Assembly: GCA_905178155.1 (NCBI GenBank)
Contig: CAJINV010000005.1
Span: 7,184,989-7,248,988, forward strand
Length of the DNA stretch: 64,000 bases
Direction of reading: 5' to 3'
Source of the DNA: Amoebophrya sp. A120
Lineage: Eukaryota; Protista; Dinoflagellata
Shown in pieces: positions 24,201 to 38,055 of the stretch. The position numbers and the translations under genes were made by a program. Below the pieces are notes generated by a model, which made no database searches, had not been told where the DNA came from, and saw only the letters and a program-made list of their open reading frames with translations. Position 1 is the stretch's first letter. Every line of letters begins with the position of its first letter.

Positions 24201-27200
24201 ATGTAGAGTTGAAAGCGAACCGTTCTGAAAATTTGCGATGCAGATTTGAGACCACCGCCACATGCTTATCCTGTCTGTCTTGCATAGAAAACAAATTTAG
24301 CGGCGGGTCCGTCGTGTCAAAAATATGTAGGCGATTTGTAATTCTGTAAGGGTTAGAGGGCAGACGTCTACCATAGGTGGAGGCGCCTACACCAAGAAGC
24401 CTGTACTACCTAGGCTTAGGAATAGGATCATCTGTTGATCACAGGAGCGCTTCATTTTGATGTAGTAACGCAGGGGTTTTATTTTTCACTTTGATAAAGC
24501 TCCAGCACTACTACAGCGGAATCTCGGCGGAGGAGTGCGAGCTGTTTGAGAAGAACCAGGTATCAAATGCAAATATGTCTGGGTCTGGAAGTAGAGTGCA
24601 ACTTGTAATGCTAACTTTGGACTCTAAAAAATTCTGTATAGCATGAAGAGCAAGAGGACTACTCCAGTTTTTGCTATACGGCGACGGCACTTGTCATGCG
24701 GGATAGGCATCAAGAAGCCCGTAAAAAACCTGGGATGCTAGGGCATGCATCACAAACATCATAGGTCATGCAAAATGTGCATGGCAAACGTTCCACTCTT
24801 CCAGCCTCAGACATATTTGCAATGCATACCAGGTGGAAAAGTACGAAACGCGATTAAAAATCGCCGAACGGGAGATCGAACTCATGGTGAAAAATGAGTT
24901 CGAGCAGAAATTGGCAACCGCGAGGACACAAATCGAGACCCAATTTGAAGCGGCGAAAAAGGACTATCTGCAAGCGGAGATTCGTGTACAGACGGAAAAT
25001 TACGAGAAAGACCTGCAGCAGAGGCTGGATGAAACGATGGAAATTAGGGAGAAGCAGTTGCTATGCTTTGCAAAAGTATCGTATTTTGGTAGTAATTGCA
25101 TTACAAAGTAGCTCAGCATGAAATCTGTCATGCAATTCTACCTTGGGATCGGGATGGAGATTTGTCATTATGCATGACTGCGATTACTACGAGCGCGATA
25201 TTCCTTTTGCACAGGATAGCTGCAGTCTGGCGCGGCGAAGAACATGGCGGAGAACGAGAAACAGATGGAGGAAACTTTGAATCAATGGAAAACTGCATAC
25301 ATTCAGGAAAAAGAAGCGGAGTGCAGAAAAATGCGGGAGAAGGTAACATGAGGCATGGTGGTCATGATCTCATTTTTGTCATTTGCCCGAGATGAACAAG
25401 ATGAAGAACAATTACTGATGGAGCAAAAGTAGTCAGCTAATATGATTTGGCTACTTTCCTCCACTGCACGCATCGCACACTGAAACTTGAATTCGCAAAA
25501 TTGTTTAAGATGATCCATGCAAATAGAAATACTGAAACTAAAGGTCGAGACCCACGTGGCAGACTTTACAGACGAAATGCAGAAGAAACTAGCGGAGATC
25601 AAGTCCCGCGAGGAAACAGTCGAGGACCAGCAGGCCGCGCTGAAATCTGAGACCGAGATTTTAGGTGTGGAAAAGACCGCGATGAGGGCTCTGAAAGACG
25701 CGTTTGAGCTCGAAAAACTTCACTTTGAAGAAGAAAAAACGGAAATGCAGAAACAGCAGCTGCAGAGACAAATCCAGGACCAAGACTCGTTTCAACATGA
25801 ACTGGCGAAAATAAAGCACGAGGAGGAGCTATGACAGTGCACAACTCCCCGTCGTTCTCATTTCTCATGCAAATCCCACAATTCCAGCTGCTCCCTTGCG
25901 ATTGCGTCACTGTTCTGCATTACATATTCCGGAAGTAGCCGAAACAGTACTTCTGCATTAGGCGTGCAAAAAATTTGCGATTTGTCGGCTCCACGTGTGC
26001 TGGTGTTTGTATTGCTGTTCATGCTATACAAATGAGGGCGAGACGAGGCAGAAGTTGGGCACTCTCATAGGAACAGAAGTGGAAGGAACGGAGTTTAGTA
26101 CTTCACGAGGAAATCGCAAAGCAAAAGGAGATATCCACCGCAATAAAAGTAATATCGGACTACTGCTCCGTAGTAAGAAGAAGAGAAATCGTATGCCAAA
26201 CTTTTTACCTTTATTACGCAGCATGAAACATAAAGACCGATGATGATTTGTATTTTTTCTGACCGCGCTTGTTTTTAGGAGAGCTCTGTGTCATGCGATG
26301 AAGTCATTTTATTTACACTTCATTGTTACTGCAAGGAGTGCGATGCTCCAGATAGATTACTTTTGCAATGCATACTAGAAATTGCAGATGGACTTCGACG
26401 AGGAAATTTTTCAAACGTATGACAATGCACAACTCCCCCTCCCCCTCATTTGTATAGCATGAACGGCAATGCAAGTGTCAGCAAGAGTGCCTGTTTTGCA
26501 TTACAAATCATTTGCGCTGGATTGTAGTGCTATTTGGGCTACCAGAAGTAGTCATGCAAACAGCTGCGACAAGCGGTACAGCCTGGATTTGGGATTTTGC
26601 ATGACAAATGAGGGGGAGGAGAGGTTGAGCAGCCTCATAAAACGAGGGAAAAGTTGAAAAACCAGTTCGACAAGGGCTTCAAAGAACAGTTTGCAAATAT
26701 CCTGTGTAAAAACCTCCCCACCGCAGAGTTGTCATGCAGATGATAAATTACAGGAACATTTGTAATGCGCACCCCCAAGGGAGGCATTTCCAATCGTGTT
26801 TTGGCATTTGTAATGCTGCTAACAGGATACGCAGATGGATTTGTGATGCGGTTCTCCTTGACCTTGCTCACATGCACTACACGACGGACTGCAACTTGTC
26901 ATGCGTGGCTCCCAAAGCTTCTGGATTTGTGTTGCTAAGTTCCCAATCATTGACTATGGGGTCGTGGGGACGTTTTTACATATGATAGCAAAAAAGGAAC
27001 AACAGTTGGAAAAAAACAACGAAATTCTGGCGAATCAAGAGCGGGAACTGCAGAAGCAATTGCAGATCACGAAGCAACAGCAGGAGAAAATGAAAAACTA
27101 CTGGCAGGAGAAGCAGAACGAAATGGAACATCAGGAGACGCAAGCGAAAGCATATGCACTGGAAAAGTAATATCGTGCTCGTGCTCGTACGAATTGTACT

Positions 27201-29616
27201 GTCGTGCATGGCAAATTTGCCTTTGTAGTACCAGATCCAGCATATGACAAGTCTTTGATTCTTGAGGGTATTCAAATTTGTAAATATGCAATACGTACTT
27301 TGTGCGACACTTTTGCAGTGCATTAAGCACTTTACGAGAAGAAAATGTCCGAGTTGGAAATCAACGCGAAGGCTTTGGAGGATATCCGGCGCACGACGGA
27401 GAAGGAATTCACGGTGAAATACGAACAGCTAAGGAAGTTGAAGGACGAAACCGAGGTGAAAGAGCACGAGTTGCAGCTGAAACAAGAGCTTTTGGAGTTG
27501 AAAGAGCATATCAACAGGAAAAAAATCCTCTGCCACTGCCCCCGGAGAAGCGGTAGTACATGTGTACACGTACTACTAGCTCTTGTGCCGTATCTGCATG
27601 GCAAATACACTTCTTTCCTGCAATGTTGATCCTGTTCAACATGACAAGAACCTCACGAAGTTCTTGGGCGCGATGAAATTTGAATTTGTGATGCATTTTG
27701 TAGTACAGCGCTGTTTTTGATGTACGGAATAATAAACGGAGGTAAAGGTATTGGAAAATTTTTCGTGTCGATAGAGCAAGACTTCGAGAAACAAGCAAAG
27801 GCCCTGGCGCTGCGCGGGAGCGAGCTGCTGTTGCACAGCCAACAGATCTGCGATCATTCGACCCAGCAGTACAAAAATAATCTTCACACCAGCAGTTCGA
27901 AGAGCGCAGAAAAGCTGCGGCGCGCAGGCGCCGGCGGGGTAGAAGTTTCTAGCAGCAGTAGTAGTAGTGGTGCTGCAGCTGCTTCTGCTTCATCTACAAA
28001 TGAGAAATCATCTTCCAAAACAAGTTCCACCTCTACCTGTCCGCCCCCCTTGCGGATGAACACCGCAGGAGGAGGTCCTGTTGGGACGAACGGCGGCGAG
28101 ATCAGTGCGCGAACTACAACTACAAATCAAGAGGACAAGGACCTGCAAATCCAGCAGCTGCAAGCGGAGTTGTTGAAGCAGCAGGAGCAACACGAGCAGG
28201 AGAAGGATGAGGAGAAGAGGCGCTATAAACTGCAGCTGAAAATCGCTGTGGAGCACACCCTATCCTGTGCAAAAGTATCTTACTCGTAGTAATCGCAGTC
28301 GTGCATTACAAATCTTAAGGCAAATCCGCATTACAAATTCCATTTCAGATGCTGAGAATATTTGAAATGCGATTTCTACTAGTGCGATGCTTTTGCATTT
28401 CATACACCCGGGCCAAGATGGAGCGCAGGTGCAGCCGGCGGGCCGCGATATTGAGCGAAAATTCGACGTACGAGGCAGGTGCAGAAGTTTCTTCAGGCGG
28501 AAATAATACTAGTAACAGCGTGCTCCTGAATGCTGCAGCAGCAACTTCTACCTCCAATAGCCAATTACTGCTGGACACCAGCCGCACGACAAACAGTTGC
28601 CTGCATTCCAATCTCGGCTCCTGTTTGTCGGAAAAAAACTCAATTTCCTTGCAAGAGGAATATAACATCAACAGTCAAGAACGCACGGCCGCAACGAGCA
28701 AGAACCACCACCAACACCACCAACAAGGTCATCAAGAGCATCCGGAGGAAATCAAGCGGGAATTAGTCGCCGCTTCTCGGGAGGTGATGCGGAGTCTGAA
28801 CGGAGAGGCTGGAACTGGTTCTTCACAAGAAGAAGGCGCCGGGATGAACCACGGTCAACACGACGATCATCCAGCCGCGGCTGAACACGATCAAGAAGAA
28901 GAACCATCCGACACGAGGCCCGTCAAGCCTGCTTGGTGCAAGAAACACCTTCTCGCCGCCGCAGGTGCGCAAGCAGCTTCTTCGCGTGAAATAGTAGATC
29001 CGTCGCATTTCTTGCAACTGCCACCCTCGGAGAACAGCACTCGGGCCAGCTCGAAGGAGCAACAGCAAGAGATAAGTCAGAGCACAATTTCGAGCAAAAT
29101 TTTTATCCAAGAGCCTTCTGCTGGAGTTGTCAACTTGAACAAGAATCAGCAAACAACAAGTGGATCTTCAATAAACAACTCCTACGACGAAACGTGGCAA
29201 ATGAATCCGATTATCCTCTGCAAAAGTTGTTGTATCGTGCTAGTTAAAATTGCAGGACTGCATTGCAAATTTCTTCCTCATGTCTGATCACCATCACGCA
29301 TAACAAAGAACTCGTCTGCGTCTCTCAGGTACTGTGGGTTCAAAAACTTATTTGTGATGCAAGTTATTCTTTAGTAGAAGCGATACAACTTTCATTATTG
29401 CGATGTATACCGAAATTTGAGAAGCAAATCCAAGCGCTGAACCAATTGGAGCAGAAAGGAGAGACGAAGCACATGATGCACCAGCTAGTAGGAGGAGCTA
29501 CAACTACGACCACTAGTATTAGCAAGGACGAGTCTATTTCTGGTTCCTCATCATCTGCGAAGACGATGAGGATAAATCGAAATCGTTTCGCTTTCGACGA
29601 AGATCTGCTGACATGA
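21272..29616 (+). CDS. Large coiled-coil (E/K/Q-rich) hypothetical protein
   Basis: Frame is continuous after removing 16 exonic introners and GT-AG introns 22523-22924 and 25343-25543; ends ...RFAFDEDLLT* at 29616; start codon uncertain. Confidence 0.8.
21923..22193. mobile_element. Introner family A
   Basis: TIR; DR gaatg/gagtg. Confidence 0.88.
22269..22470. mobile_element. Introner family B (diverged)
   Basis: TIR present, DR lost, frame kept with +5 nt. Confidence 0.75.
22523..22924 (+). other. Canonical GT-AG intron containing a nested family G element
   Basis: AAG|GTACTA...AAACAG|GAG joins KMREK|EKALRSELEAYY in frame. Confidence 0.6.
22545..22760. mobile_element. Family G element inside a GT-AG intron
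   Basis: TIR GAAAAAAGTGTTACAGTTACACATT; DR cactt. Confidence 0.85.
23035..23307. mobile_element. Introner family I
   Basis: DR cagaa; tandem TTGTGATGC array. Confidence 0.85.
23387..23746. mobile_element. Introner family E (diverged)
   Basis: TIR; DR cgaag. Confidence 0.82.
23806..23963. mobile_element. Introner family B
   Basis: TIR; DR cacga. Confidence 0.9.
24171..24496. mobile_element. Introner family C
   Basis: TIR; DR aagct. Confidence 0.85.
24561..24828. mobile_element. Introner family A
   Basis: TIR; DR ccagg. Confidence 0.92.
25062..25218. mobile_element. Introner family B
   Basis: TIR; DR gttgc/gctgc. Confidence 0.88.
25343..25543 (+). other. Canonical GT-AG intron
   Basis: AAG|GTAACA...CTAAAG|GTC keeps frame (MREK|VETHV). 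Confidence 0.55.
25830..26069. mobile_element. Introner family D
   Basis: TIR; DR ggagc/ggaac. Confidence 0.85.
26132..26374. mobile_element. Introner family B (degenerate)
   Basis: DR ggaga/ctaga; frame kept. Confidence 0.7.
26418..26639. mobile_element. Introner family D
   Basis: TIR; DR aaacg. Confidence 0.9.
26698..26987. mobile_element. Introner family E
   Basis: TIR TGTAAAAACSTCCCCAC; DR gcaaa. Confidence 0.9.
27153..27324. mobile_element. Introner family B
   Basis: TIR; DR aagca. Confidence 0.85.
27509..27773. mobile_element. Introner, singleton
   Basis: TATCAACAGGAAAAA...TTTTTCGTGTCGATA; DR gagca. Confidence 0.8.
28261..28404. mobile_element. Introner family B
   Basis: TIR; DR caccc. 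Confidence 0.92.
29212..29409. mobile_element. Introner family B (diverged)
   Basis: DR ccgat/ccgaa. Confidence 0.75.
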
Positions 29617-31032
29617 AAAAAGTGGTTTTATTGTCAGGAGTCCTGACAGGGCAAGGACTAGATCTAGAACTAGTACAACGACATCAAGATGAAGATGAAA
29701 TCCGGTTCTTGTACTAGAAGGCCCCGGTCGTCAAGATTGCACCTCGTCCCGGAGGAATCATTAGAGGGAAGGACGTGAGGTGGAACTTCAAAACTAAAGA
29801 TACTAAGTAAGACGGTGCTACCTACATTTGTCTGAGTCCGCTCCCGTTGTATTCTTCACGAGCATGAAGACCGTGCTTTTGTCAGGCAGCTTTATGTAAA
29901 ATGATTGTACGACAAGCTCGCAGGATCTGTTGAATTATATGCCCATAATTTACTGACATTCTAGAACAACTCAAAAGCGTCGTGCTCATCATCTGACATA
30001 GTATCCCATTGTAAGATTGTGCTGCTCGAACTTAGAGTTACATAAACGAAGTACTACTCGATTGTAATTAAAACAACATTTGAACAGAGACAGGCAAACT
30101 TAAACTTTATCCGTTCCCGACACGACAATTTGTTTCTATCACAACATCCTCGTACCATGACAACACAAAGGGCCAAGTGAGTAGGACTCACTCGTCCGCA
30201 GGAGCACCAGCAGGTGGTTGTAGTGGTTTGTTCGTTTGACATTGAAACAGTACGTTGGTACTCCACCGGTATACGGTACAAGTTGTCGTCATCATTGTTG
30301 TGGTTGTCATGCGCCAAGAATTATTCGTACGTCGTCGTGCAGGTACACCGGAAATAAAAGTCGTGCGTTTATTTCTGCGAACTCTTTCTCGCAGCTCGTC
30401 CTCGTACCCGTCACAGATACTCTCGGTATAGTACTCGTTAGTCGTTCAACATCATCTCAGTTTCTGAGTATCCGGTTGGACAGGTCCTACTCTTCGTCTT
30501 CATCCGGTCGTGCGTATTTGTCGTCTCTCATGGTGTTTGTTTCGTCCCTGTCGTGTTGTTTTATTTGTTGTGTCTTTCGTTCTCGTGGTCGTCTAGGTTC
30601 AATACCACCTCGTCAAATTGTCCAAGGACATCTTGAAGCGAATACGAGTGTATGCCTCAATCCAACTGTCAGGTGACTGCTTCTACTACTTCTAAGATCG
30701 TTTAGTTTGTACTCCATAGTACGCACCCCCCCCTGAAGAAGAGCGGCGCTATACTAGTAAGTATGTACTACAGCGAGCTTTTCTTCTTATTCCCTAAAGC
30801 AAACTTAAACTAAAAACCACTCTTCAAATTCGTGAGCGATTTTTTCTTTAATCGCGACTTTCAATTTTGGACAAATGCATCCTGCAATTTGCAGAGCAAC
30901 TGTGCCTGTTCTTTTTCAATTTACAGTACCGAGTGGTCGAGAATAAAAATAATTTTACTTTTTTTATCTCCTGCGGGCCGCGCATCTTCCAAACTACAAC
31001 TAGTCTCCTACTTAAGCAACGGCAGTACCAGC

Positions 31033-33474
31033 ATGGCAACCGTTGCAGTGGGCCAACCTCGCAAACCCTCCTCGCGCGGCTCCTCTCGCGGCAGCGCTCG
31101 TCCCTCGATCCATTTCAACCGTCCGCCAACGGATGAATTGGTAATCGTTGGCGCTGGGGTTCGCGAATTGAACGGTCTCTATTCCTATCTAATGTAAAAA
31201 TGTCTGGGTCTGGAAGAATGCATGTTTGTCATGCCTGTCTGGCATGACTCTTAAATCTGTCATGCACGTTGCCCAAGAGCTTCATTTTTCTGCGATGCAG
31301 GAACGCAGTTTGTCATGCAGAATAAGCAACACCTAGAAGCTCAGAAACTTGTCATGCTGAGCCAGCATTTGCGGCCTCATCATGAGACGCCACCCAGCAT
31401 CACAACTTTCCAGACCCAGACACTTTTACATTTGATAACTCCCGCCAGGAGGCGATTTCCATCCCCTTCCCGAGGTATGACCCGAAGACTATCCAAGAAA
31501 AAAACGTTGTTAGTGTAAATTTGTGATGCGCAACATGCAAGATGATTGCGTCTGTCATGCTTGGCATGCATCGTAGGGCCCATTCCACGGCGTTTTCCCG
31601 TACTATCTGCGCATGACAGGTGGTTGCTTTCATGCGAGAGATATTTGTCATGCTAATCCTCCAAGAAAGTTACACCTACAATGTTTTTTTCTTGGATAAA
31701 GACGAAACAGAGACTACCAGCGATCATCAACGTGCCCAACGGTTTCCGCAAAATTTGCAAGCGGGAAAACTTTGGCACCCCGGAAGACTTCTGGATAGCG
31801 GTGAACCAACATGCGGACTACTACCAGCACGAGAGTATCATAAGGTGAAAACGCCCGTCCTTTATTCATACCCTGCAAGACAAATGAATCCAGAACAACT
31901 TCAACTTTTAGGATTGACGCATGACAAGTTCGACTCTGAGAGCAGCGCCGTCGCGTAGCCTAGACAGACCAACCGCATATTCACTGCATCAAACCGCCTC
32001 TCTTTCATATCTCAACTCTAAATGTATGCAGCGCATGATCACAAAATGCCTTCCAAAATAATGATGCGAAGCCGCATGAGAGATGATGTTCATCTTCCGG
32101 ACAACATGCAAAAAATAGGAATGCGCATGACAAGAACTCTGGGAACAAGGTGCGAGACGTTTTTACACAGCATAAAGAAATCGGACGCATACATTTACTT
32201 CGATTGCGAGCGCGAAACCTGGTTTCTAGACGACGCAAAGGGGACCAGCGTGTACGAATTCGATATGAAGAAGAATTTCGAGTCCATCGCCCAGGGCGCC
32301 CTCGAGATGGGTTTCCATATCAAATGCAAAAGTATCGTACTAGTAGTAATCGCAATCACGCATCACAAATCTGCCTCCTAACCTAAATCCGCATTACAAA
32401 TTCCATTTCTCATGCTGAGGGAATTTGTCATGCGATTTATACTAGTACGATACTTTTGCAGTGCATATTCCAAGTCCCGCAGCAACTCTTCGCGAAACTC
32501 GGATCCGCGGTCCCGCTAACCTCCTTAAACGCGATATCCCATGTAAAAACGTCCCCACCCGATAGTTGTCATGCGGGTTTGCAATGACAGGAACATTTGT
32601 AATGCGCACCTACATGAGAGGAATTTCCAATCGTGTTTTGGAATTTGTAATGCCGTAAACAGGATGAGGAGGAGGGTTTGTGATGCGACTGTCCTTGCTA
32701 AGCCGCACTACAGTACAAAGACAGACTTGCCATGCATGTCTCCCGAAACTCGCTCCTGGATTTGTGTTGCCGAGTTCGCAACTTGACTATGGGGTGGGGA
32801 CGTTTTTACATAGGATACGCGAAGCCCGGGTGGGAAATGACCAAAGCGAACCGCAGGATGCGGGAACTGAATATGCAATGCAAAAGCATCGTACTAAGTC
32901 TAAATTGCATCACAAGTTTGCTCAGCATGACAAATGCAATTTGTAATGCTGTTTTACCTTAGGAAGAAGATTTGTCATGCTTATTTGCAATTAGTACGGG
33001 TGCGATGCTTTTGCACTGGATCCTGAACCCGTTCCGACGGGGGGAGATGGACGTGCCCATCGTGAAAATAAGCGAAGTATGGATTGCAAATATCTCTAGG
33101 TCTGGAAAGATGCAAACTTGTCATGCAGGTGTTACATGACGCATGAGGTCTCGAATGCAGAACGTAGCATGACAGATTCTGTGAGACCTGTATCATGCCT
33201 ATTCTGCATGAGAAACCCCCTTTCAACTTGGTGGAAAGTGGCCAGCTTTTGGTAATCCTGCAACACAGATTTTTGCATGATTCAGATTTGGCATGACAAG
33301 GTGCATCCTTCCAGACCCAGACATATTTGCAGCTGATACGAAAATTACCCGATCGAGTTGCTTCCAGAGTTGGGCGACGAGGACGGAGAGGAGGATAGCA
33401 AGGACGCTGTTCTTGTTGCTGCAGGAGGAGAAAATAGCGGAGATATGAAATTCGATCGGGGGGAAGGGGTGTAA
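31033..33474 (+). CDS. Hypothetical protein, 7 introners
   Basis: Spliced: MATVAVGQ...LVIVGAGVRELNGLYSRQE...NVPNGFRKICKRENFGTPEDFWIAV...SDAYIYFDCERETWFLDDAKGTSVYEF...RGEGV*; TAA 33472-33474. Confidence 0.85.
31186..31437. mobile_element. Introner family A
   Basis: TIR; DR attcc/actcc. Confidence 0.92.
31490..31698. mobile_element. Introner, singleton
   Basis: TIR TATCCAAGAAAAAAAC; DR aagac. Confidence 0.88.
31836..32174. mobile_element. Introner family E (degenerate)
   Basis: Weak TIR and DR; frame kept with +5 nt. Confidence 0.7.
32318..32467. mobile_element. Introner family B
   Basis: TIR; DR ttcca. Confidence 0.92.
32535..32817. mobile_element. Introner family E
   Basis: TIR; DR cgcga. 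Confidence 0.92.
32872..33022. mobile_element. Introner family B
   Basis: TIR; DR ctgaa. Confidence 0.88.
33078..33338. mobile_element. Introner family A
   Basis: TIR; DR cgaag/cgaaa. Confidence 0.9.
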
Positions 33475-36420
33475 ATCACTTAAAAATACGTCGTCAGAAG
33501 TAGAATTACAGTAGCAGTAGTGTCCATCACAACTATATTAAATCACAGCTTCAGCTATACCACATTCAACATATACCGTACTGAGATTTGATGTAGCTGT
33601 ATCCCAGCTCTATTTTCTATCACATTTTTTTCAGCTCTTTTACGTAAATTATGTTTTTGAGTGCTGTGCCTGACGATAATCATAATTTGGGTCAAAGCCG
33701 AACCCTTTTCTGTGCATGTCGACCATGCTGTATCCCAGCTGTACCAATCACGACCTGTTCCAGTTGTGTTGGCCTTTAAGTACCACCTCCATGATTGCGA
33801 TATGATGCAAGTACACGCTTCCTGCGTAGAGGAATGCACGCAAAGCTATAGTCCGCTAAAAGGACGCCTGGCTTGTGCGACTGATCGAGCATAAGAATTG
33901 TTGCTCCTCGTCCGCAACCCACAGTTTTAATAAAAAGTGTTCCGCAGCAGAAGTTGTAGTGCAGAGCCAGAAGTCATTTGCTATACACGACATCGCCAGG
34001 TGGTCACCAGAACTACTAGTACATGTACAGTATAAGAAGTCGTGAACAATCAAAAAAGTCGTTTTGTTCGTGAAAGCAAAAACGAAAAGTTTCAATTTAC
34101 GAATTGGAATTTCAAATTGGTAAAAGCAACGAATAATTACACGAAGATCCGGACGAGCGAAGTCTAAGTTTGTAGTTGTAGTATTCATCTCAGCGGTGGT
34201 GCAACATCACGACCAATCTCTTCTAGTCCTCTCAGCAAGCGTCGTATTAGTTCTAGAGGTCGTATCAATTAGATTATGGAGCACGAGAAAGAAACAGAAA
34301 CTGTTCCGATCAAGCGCAGCGTTTTAGCACACAGAATTTTGGCCGCAAATAAGTAGCCTGCTTAGAATACAGCTTCTAGTTCTAATTTAACAAACAAGTG
34401 CCGGCTCCTCTTTTGAGCAGCGGGGGGCGATTATGGTACTATGATCTTCAATTGCAAAGTTCTCCCTTAACGATTGGAAATTTGGCACTGCCGCTACAGT
34501 GCGGCTAAGTACTTAGTAAAAACCGTGACTGAGACGGAGTACTCGATTTTATTTCGTGGCCCTGGTGGTGGTTTCTCTTTCTGGGAGCGCGACGATGACT
34601 ACTACTACACTAGGTAGAAGCAAGTAGACCATCGCAGGAGCAAGCTGTGCCAGTATATCAATATCCTTGGGCTTAGGAGGTCGTGGCTTGTCGTTACGCG
34701 GCCGCGGAGGTCAGTCGATGCCATCAAGGCTGAGTTTTCGACACTAGTACGAAATCTGTCGTTGCTGCTGTTGTTCCTGCTACTTCGCGCTCCTACTGTG
34801 CTGCTTTCGCTGAATCTCAATTCTCAAAGTCCTGCTTTCAAAGTCGCGAGTCTCATCATTCTCAACTACACAAGAACGACATCATCGCTGGCGAATTCTG
34901 ATTAGAACCACGAGCGCAAAACTTTTTTGTTTTACTGTGCGGAAGAATTTTTCTTGCGCGCTTACTATTGCCATCAAAATCGCCTGCTTTTTTTGTATTT
35001 CCTCAGCAGTGCAACAAAGTCCTTGTCGCGGTGGAGCATTCATTCTTATCAGATCGCACTCGCGAATCGCTGCAAGCCAATGATCGCGAGGTAATTTTCG
35101 CAAGAAATTTCGGCTGAATCTTCAATCGCCGGGAGAAAGGATAAAGCTAGTGCAGCTACGAAAAGCTGTAGAACAATCCATCAAGAGGTTGAAGCAAGTG
35201 TTGAAGTTCGGAGCTGAATCATGTATGACGCAGCCAGTTACAGCAACAGATATTTTTCATAGAACACAACTACAAGGCACTTCTAGTAAAGAAAGTTTCC
35301 ACCATGTTCTCCTTAAAGCTGAGGAACCACAAGAAGAGTGCAGCTCTCAAGAATATCTTCATGACATGATACACCAAAATCTACTTCAGGGGCGTACATG
35401 TTGTGAAAAGTTTGCTGTCTCATATAACGATGTGCTATAAGTAGAACCACTCAGGCGTCATAATGGACACCAAATTTTCGTTTTTTGATGCAATCCCTCG
35501 CCGTTAAAAAAATAGAAACTCAGCAAACTGGCACTAGCTAGTAATAATAGAAGTCGACGCGAGATGAAGGTAGGAGCAAAAACCAAAAAGGCCTACTCAT
35601 AAAAAAGCTCAAGGGGCTCCTGCAGCAGCAGTTTTCTGCATTAGTCTTACTAGTAGTCTGGATCAAAAATTGATAGTTTTTTACTATATGCACAACTTCT
35701 AGCAACAAGACCAAGGCGAGTATTAATGTTTTCTTCTTCGCGAATTTTCCAAGCAAAAACCAGCTCGAATCGTTTTTCATTTGTCTCTGATGTCCGAGTT
35801 CATCGTTTAGTTTCCTACCTCCTGTCATCTTTAGAAGTATAGGGAAGAAAACAAAAAATCGTATGCGGAAAGAAACTCCTCCTGCTTCGACGAGGAAGAA
35901 GAAGCATCTCAAGTTGCAAGCCTCGTACTCATCATCATCTTCATACCATCAAATCGGCGGACTCGACGATCTTCATCAACACAATTCTTACAAGCATTCC
36001 TAGAAGAAGGTCGTGCGAACAAGAAAACTGGAAACCTAGATGAGTAAAAATCTTTGGTGTCTATAATCAAAAAGTCGTGACACCATTTGCATTTTTGATC
36101 TTGATGTCGAAACCGATTCTTGAAGCAATTCTTCTAGTCCGTGTGAATAGGAATCTTGAATATCATCATCTCCGATTCGCGTTTGTCGCGAGCTTGTGTG
36201 CATAGTACAACTCTGCATCGTAAAAATTTCCACATCGTGTCGTCAATCACCACGGTAGTTTCTCATCGTGTGTGAGCACCGATTTCGATTTCGTTGTAAG
36301 TATCGCCGGCGACCTTTATATCGTTCGGTCAGACACAGACCACCAGTAGTTTCTTTCGACAAAAAAAAAACACCAAATGGCAACCGTAAACCCATTCGTT
36401 TCCGGACCTACCGAGATGGA

Positions 36421-36599
36421 TATGCAATGGAAAATTTCTTGCCATCTTCGTGAGCTTCATCTTATATTATGTGATGTGAAATATGCATTGCAAGTTGACC
36501 TTGACGGCGCTAATGCTGTCATCAGTAGTATGCATGCCATTCTCTCGAAAATGACGCAGTAGAAGAAGCGAATAATGGAAAGACATTTTCTTTCGCATA
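36421..36599. mobile_element. Degenerate introner-type element
   Basis: TATGCAATGGAAAATTTCTT...AAGACATTTTCTTTCGCATA; no DR. Confidence 0.5.
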
Positions 36600-36797
36600 G
36601 AGAGCGACGATCCGGACGCAATGATCTTGATGTTTACGGGATTGAAATTCTAAGAGCTTCTTGCCTCCCCAATAGATGCAGCCGTGCGTAAATTTCCGTT
36701 TCACAGACAATCACGCAGTAGAAGGATACATAGCGCATGAGAAGTGCATGATCGGGGGCAAGAAGCAAGTAAAATTTCTCTTCCCCTCCATAGCCCC

Positions 36798-37059
36798 TAT
36801 CAACTGTAAAAGTGTCTGGGTCTGGAAGAATGCCAGACTTGTCATGCAGATTTTACATGACTCATGAGGTCTGGTATCTAGGACAGAGCATGACAGATTC
36901 TGTGAGAGTTCTATCATGCCTCTCCTGCATGGGAAACTGCCTCTCGATTAGGTCAAAAGTGGACAGCTTTTGGTAATCATGCAACACAGATTTTTGCATG
37001 CTTCAGATTTAGCATGACAAGTTGCAGTCTTCCAGACCCAGACATTTTTACATTTGATA
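36798..37059. mobile_element. Family A element
   Basis: TIR; DR gcccc. Confidence 0.9.
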
Positions 37060-37548
37060 GCCCCTTCGACGGAGCAATTCCAGTTGCGTATGACAGAGAA
37101 GAAATCATCTCCCACAGTTCTTCAAGGGCGGACGAAGGAACCGAGTCTAGTGCAACTTCTCTATTTTTTTAACAAGAACATCATCAAGGTATGTACTTCA
37201 TATGCTGGTTCTTGTTCATACTAGTTTCTCTACTACTTATCCCCGAGGAGCTCCTGCCGTCGTCCAGGGTTGTGAGTCATCTAGGGCAAGTTCGAGTATT
37301 GTCGGGACGACAATCAAAGCTCCTTGAGCTTTCAGCAGGTCCAGCACATAGAGATAGAAGTAAGTGCATGGGCAAAAATGAAAGTTTATTTTTGTACTTT
37401 CTTTCTGTTTCTCTTTCTCTTTGTTCCCGATGCCGATCCCGTCTAGAGATTTATCCCATTTTCATAAGTCAACCGAAGAAGAAGACCTCCGACTTCGCCG
37501 ATCGGTCATGCGATTTGCCCACTCTGCTGGTTGACACAGAACCGGACG

Positions 37549-37728
37549 TATGCCTTGCAAGACGAGTATCGCACTGGTACTAATAAATTGCAGATCATAT
37601 TATACGTGACAAATCTTTTTCCTGAGGAGCTAAAACAGCATATGCAGATTCCATTTGTCATGCTGACCCAATTTTTCGTAGTAAATCAAATGCGATTTAC
37701 AACTAGCGCGATACTTTTGCAAGGCATA
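37549..37728. mobile_element. Family B element
   Basis: TIR; DR ggacg. Confidence 0.85.
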
Positions 37729-38055
37729 GGACGTGGACCCCGAGCTGGCTGCACTGGAGTTATCCACTCGGGAAAAAAAAAGCCAATCGAAAGATGTTCT
37801 TGATTGTATACGAAAATACAGTTACAGTCGGTGCATGATATTTTCGTATTTTTTTGATGCATTTATTTCATGCCAGGACATCAGATTTTCACATGGTTGT
37901 AAGTGCCTCTGATGTTACAACTGCGCTCCCTGTTCTTGTGCTATGATTATGAACATCGTGAGGTGGACATCACATCATCGATTGGGCCGCAGCATTTCTC
38001 GTCGTGCATATTCCCGTGGAAAGTCGCAGTCTTCCAATTGCAATTCAAACGGCGA

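Noticed and set aside
33500-36300. Scattered 60-120 aa ORFs
   Set aside because: No consistent frame, motif or introner-defined exon structure; treated as intergenic or decayed.
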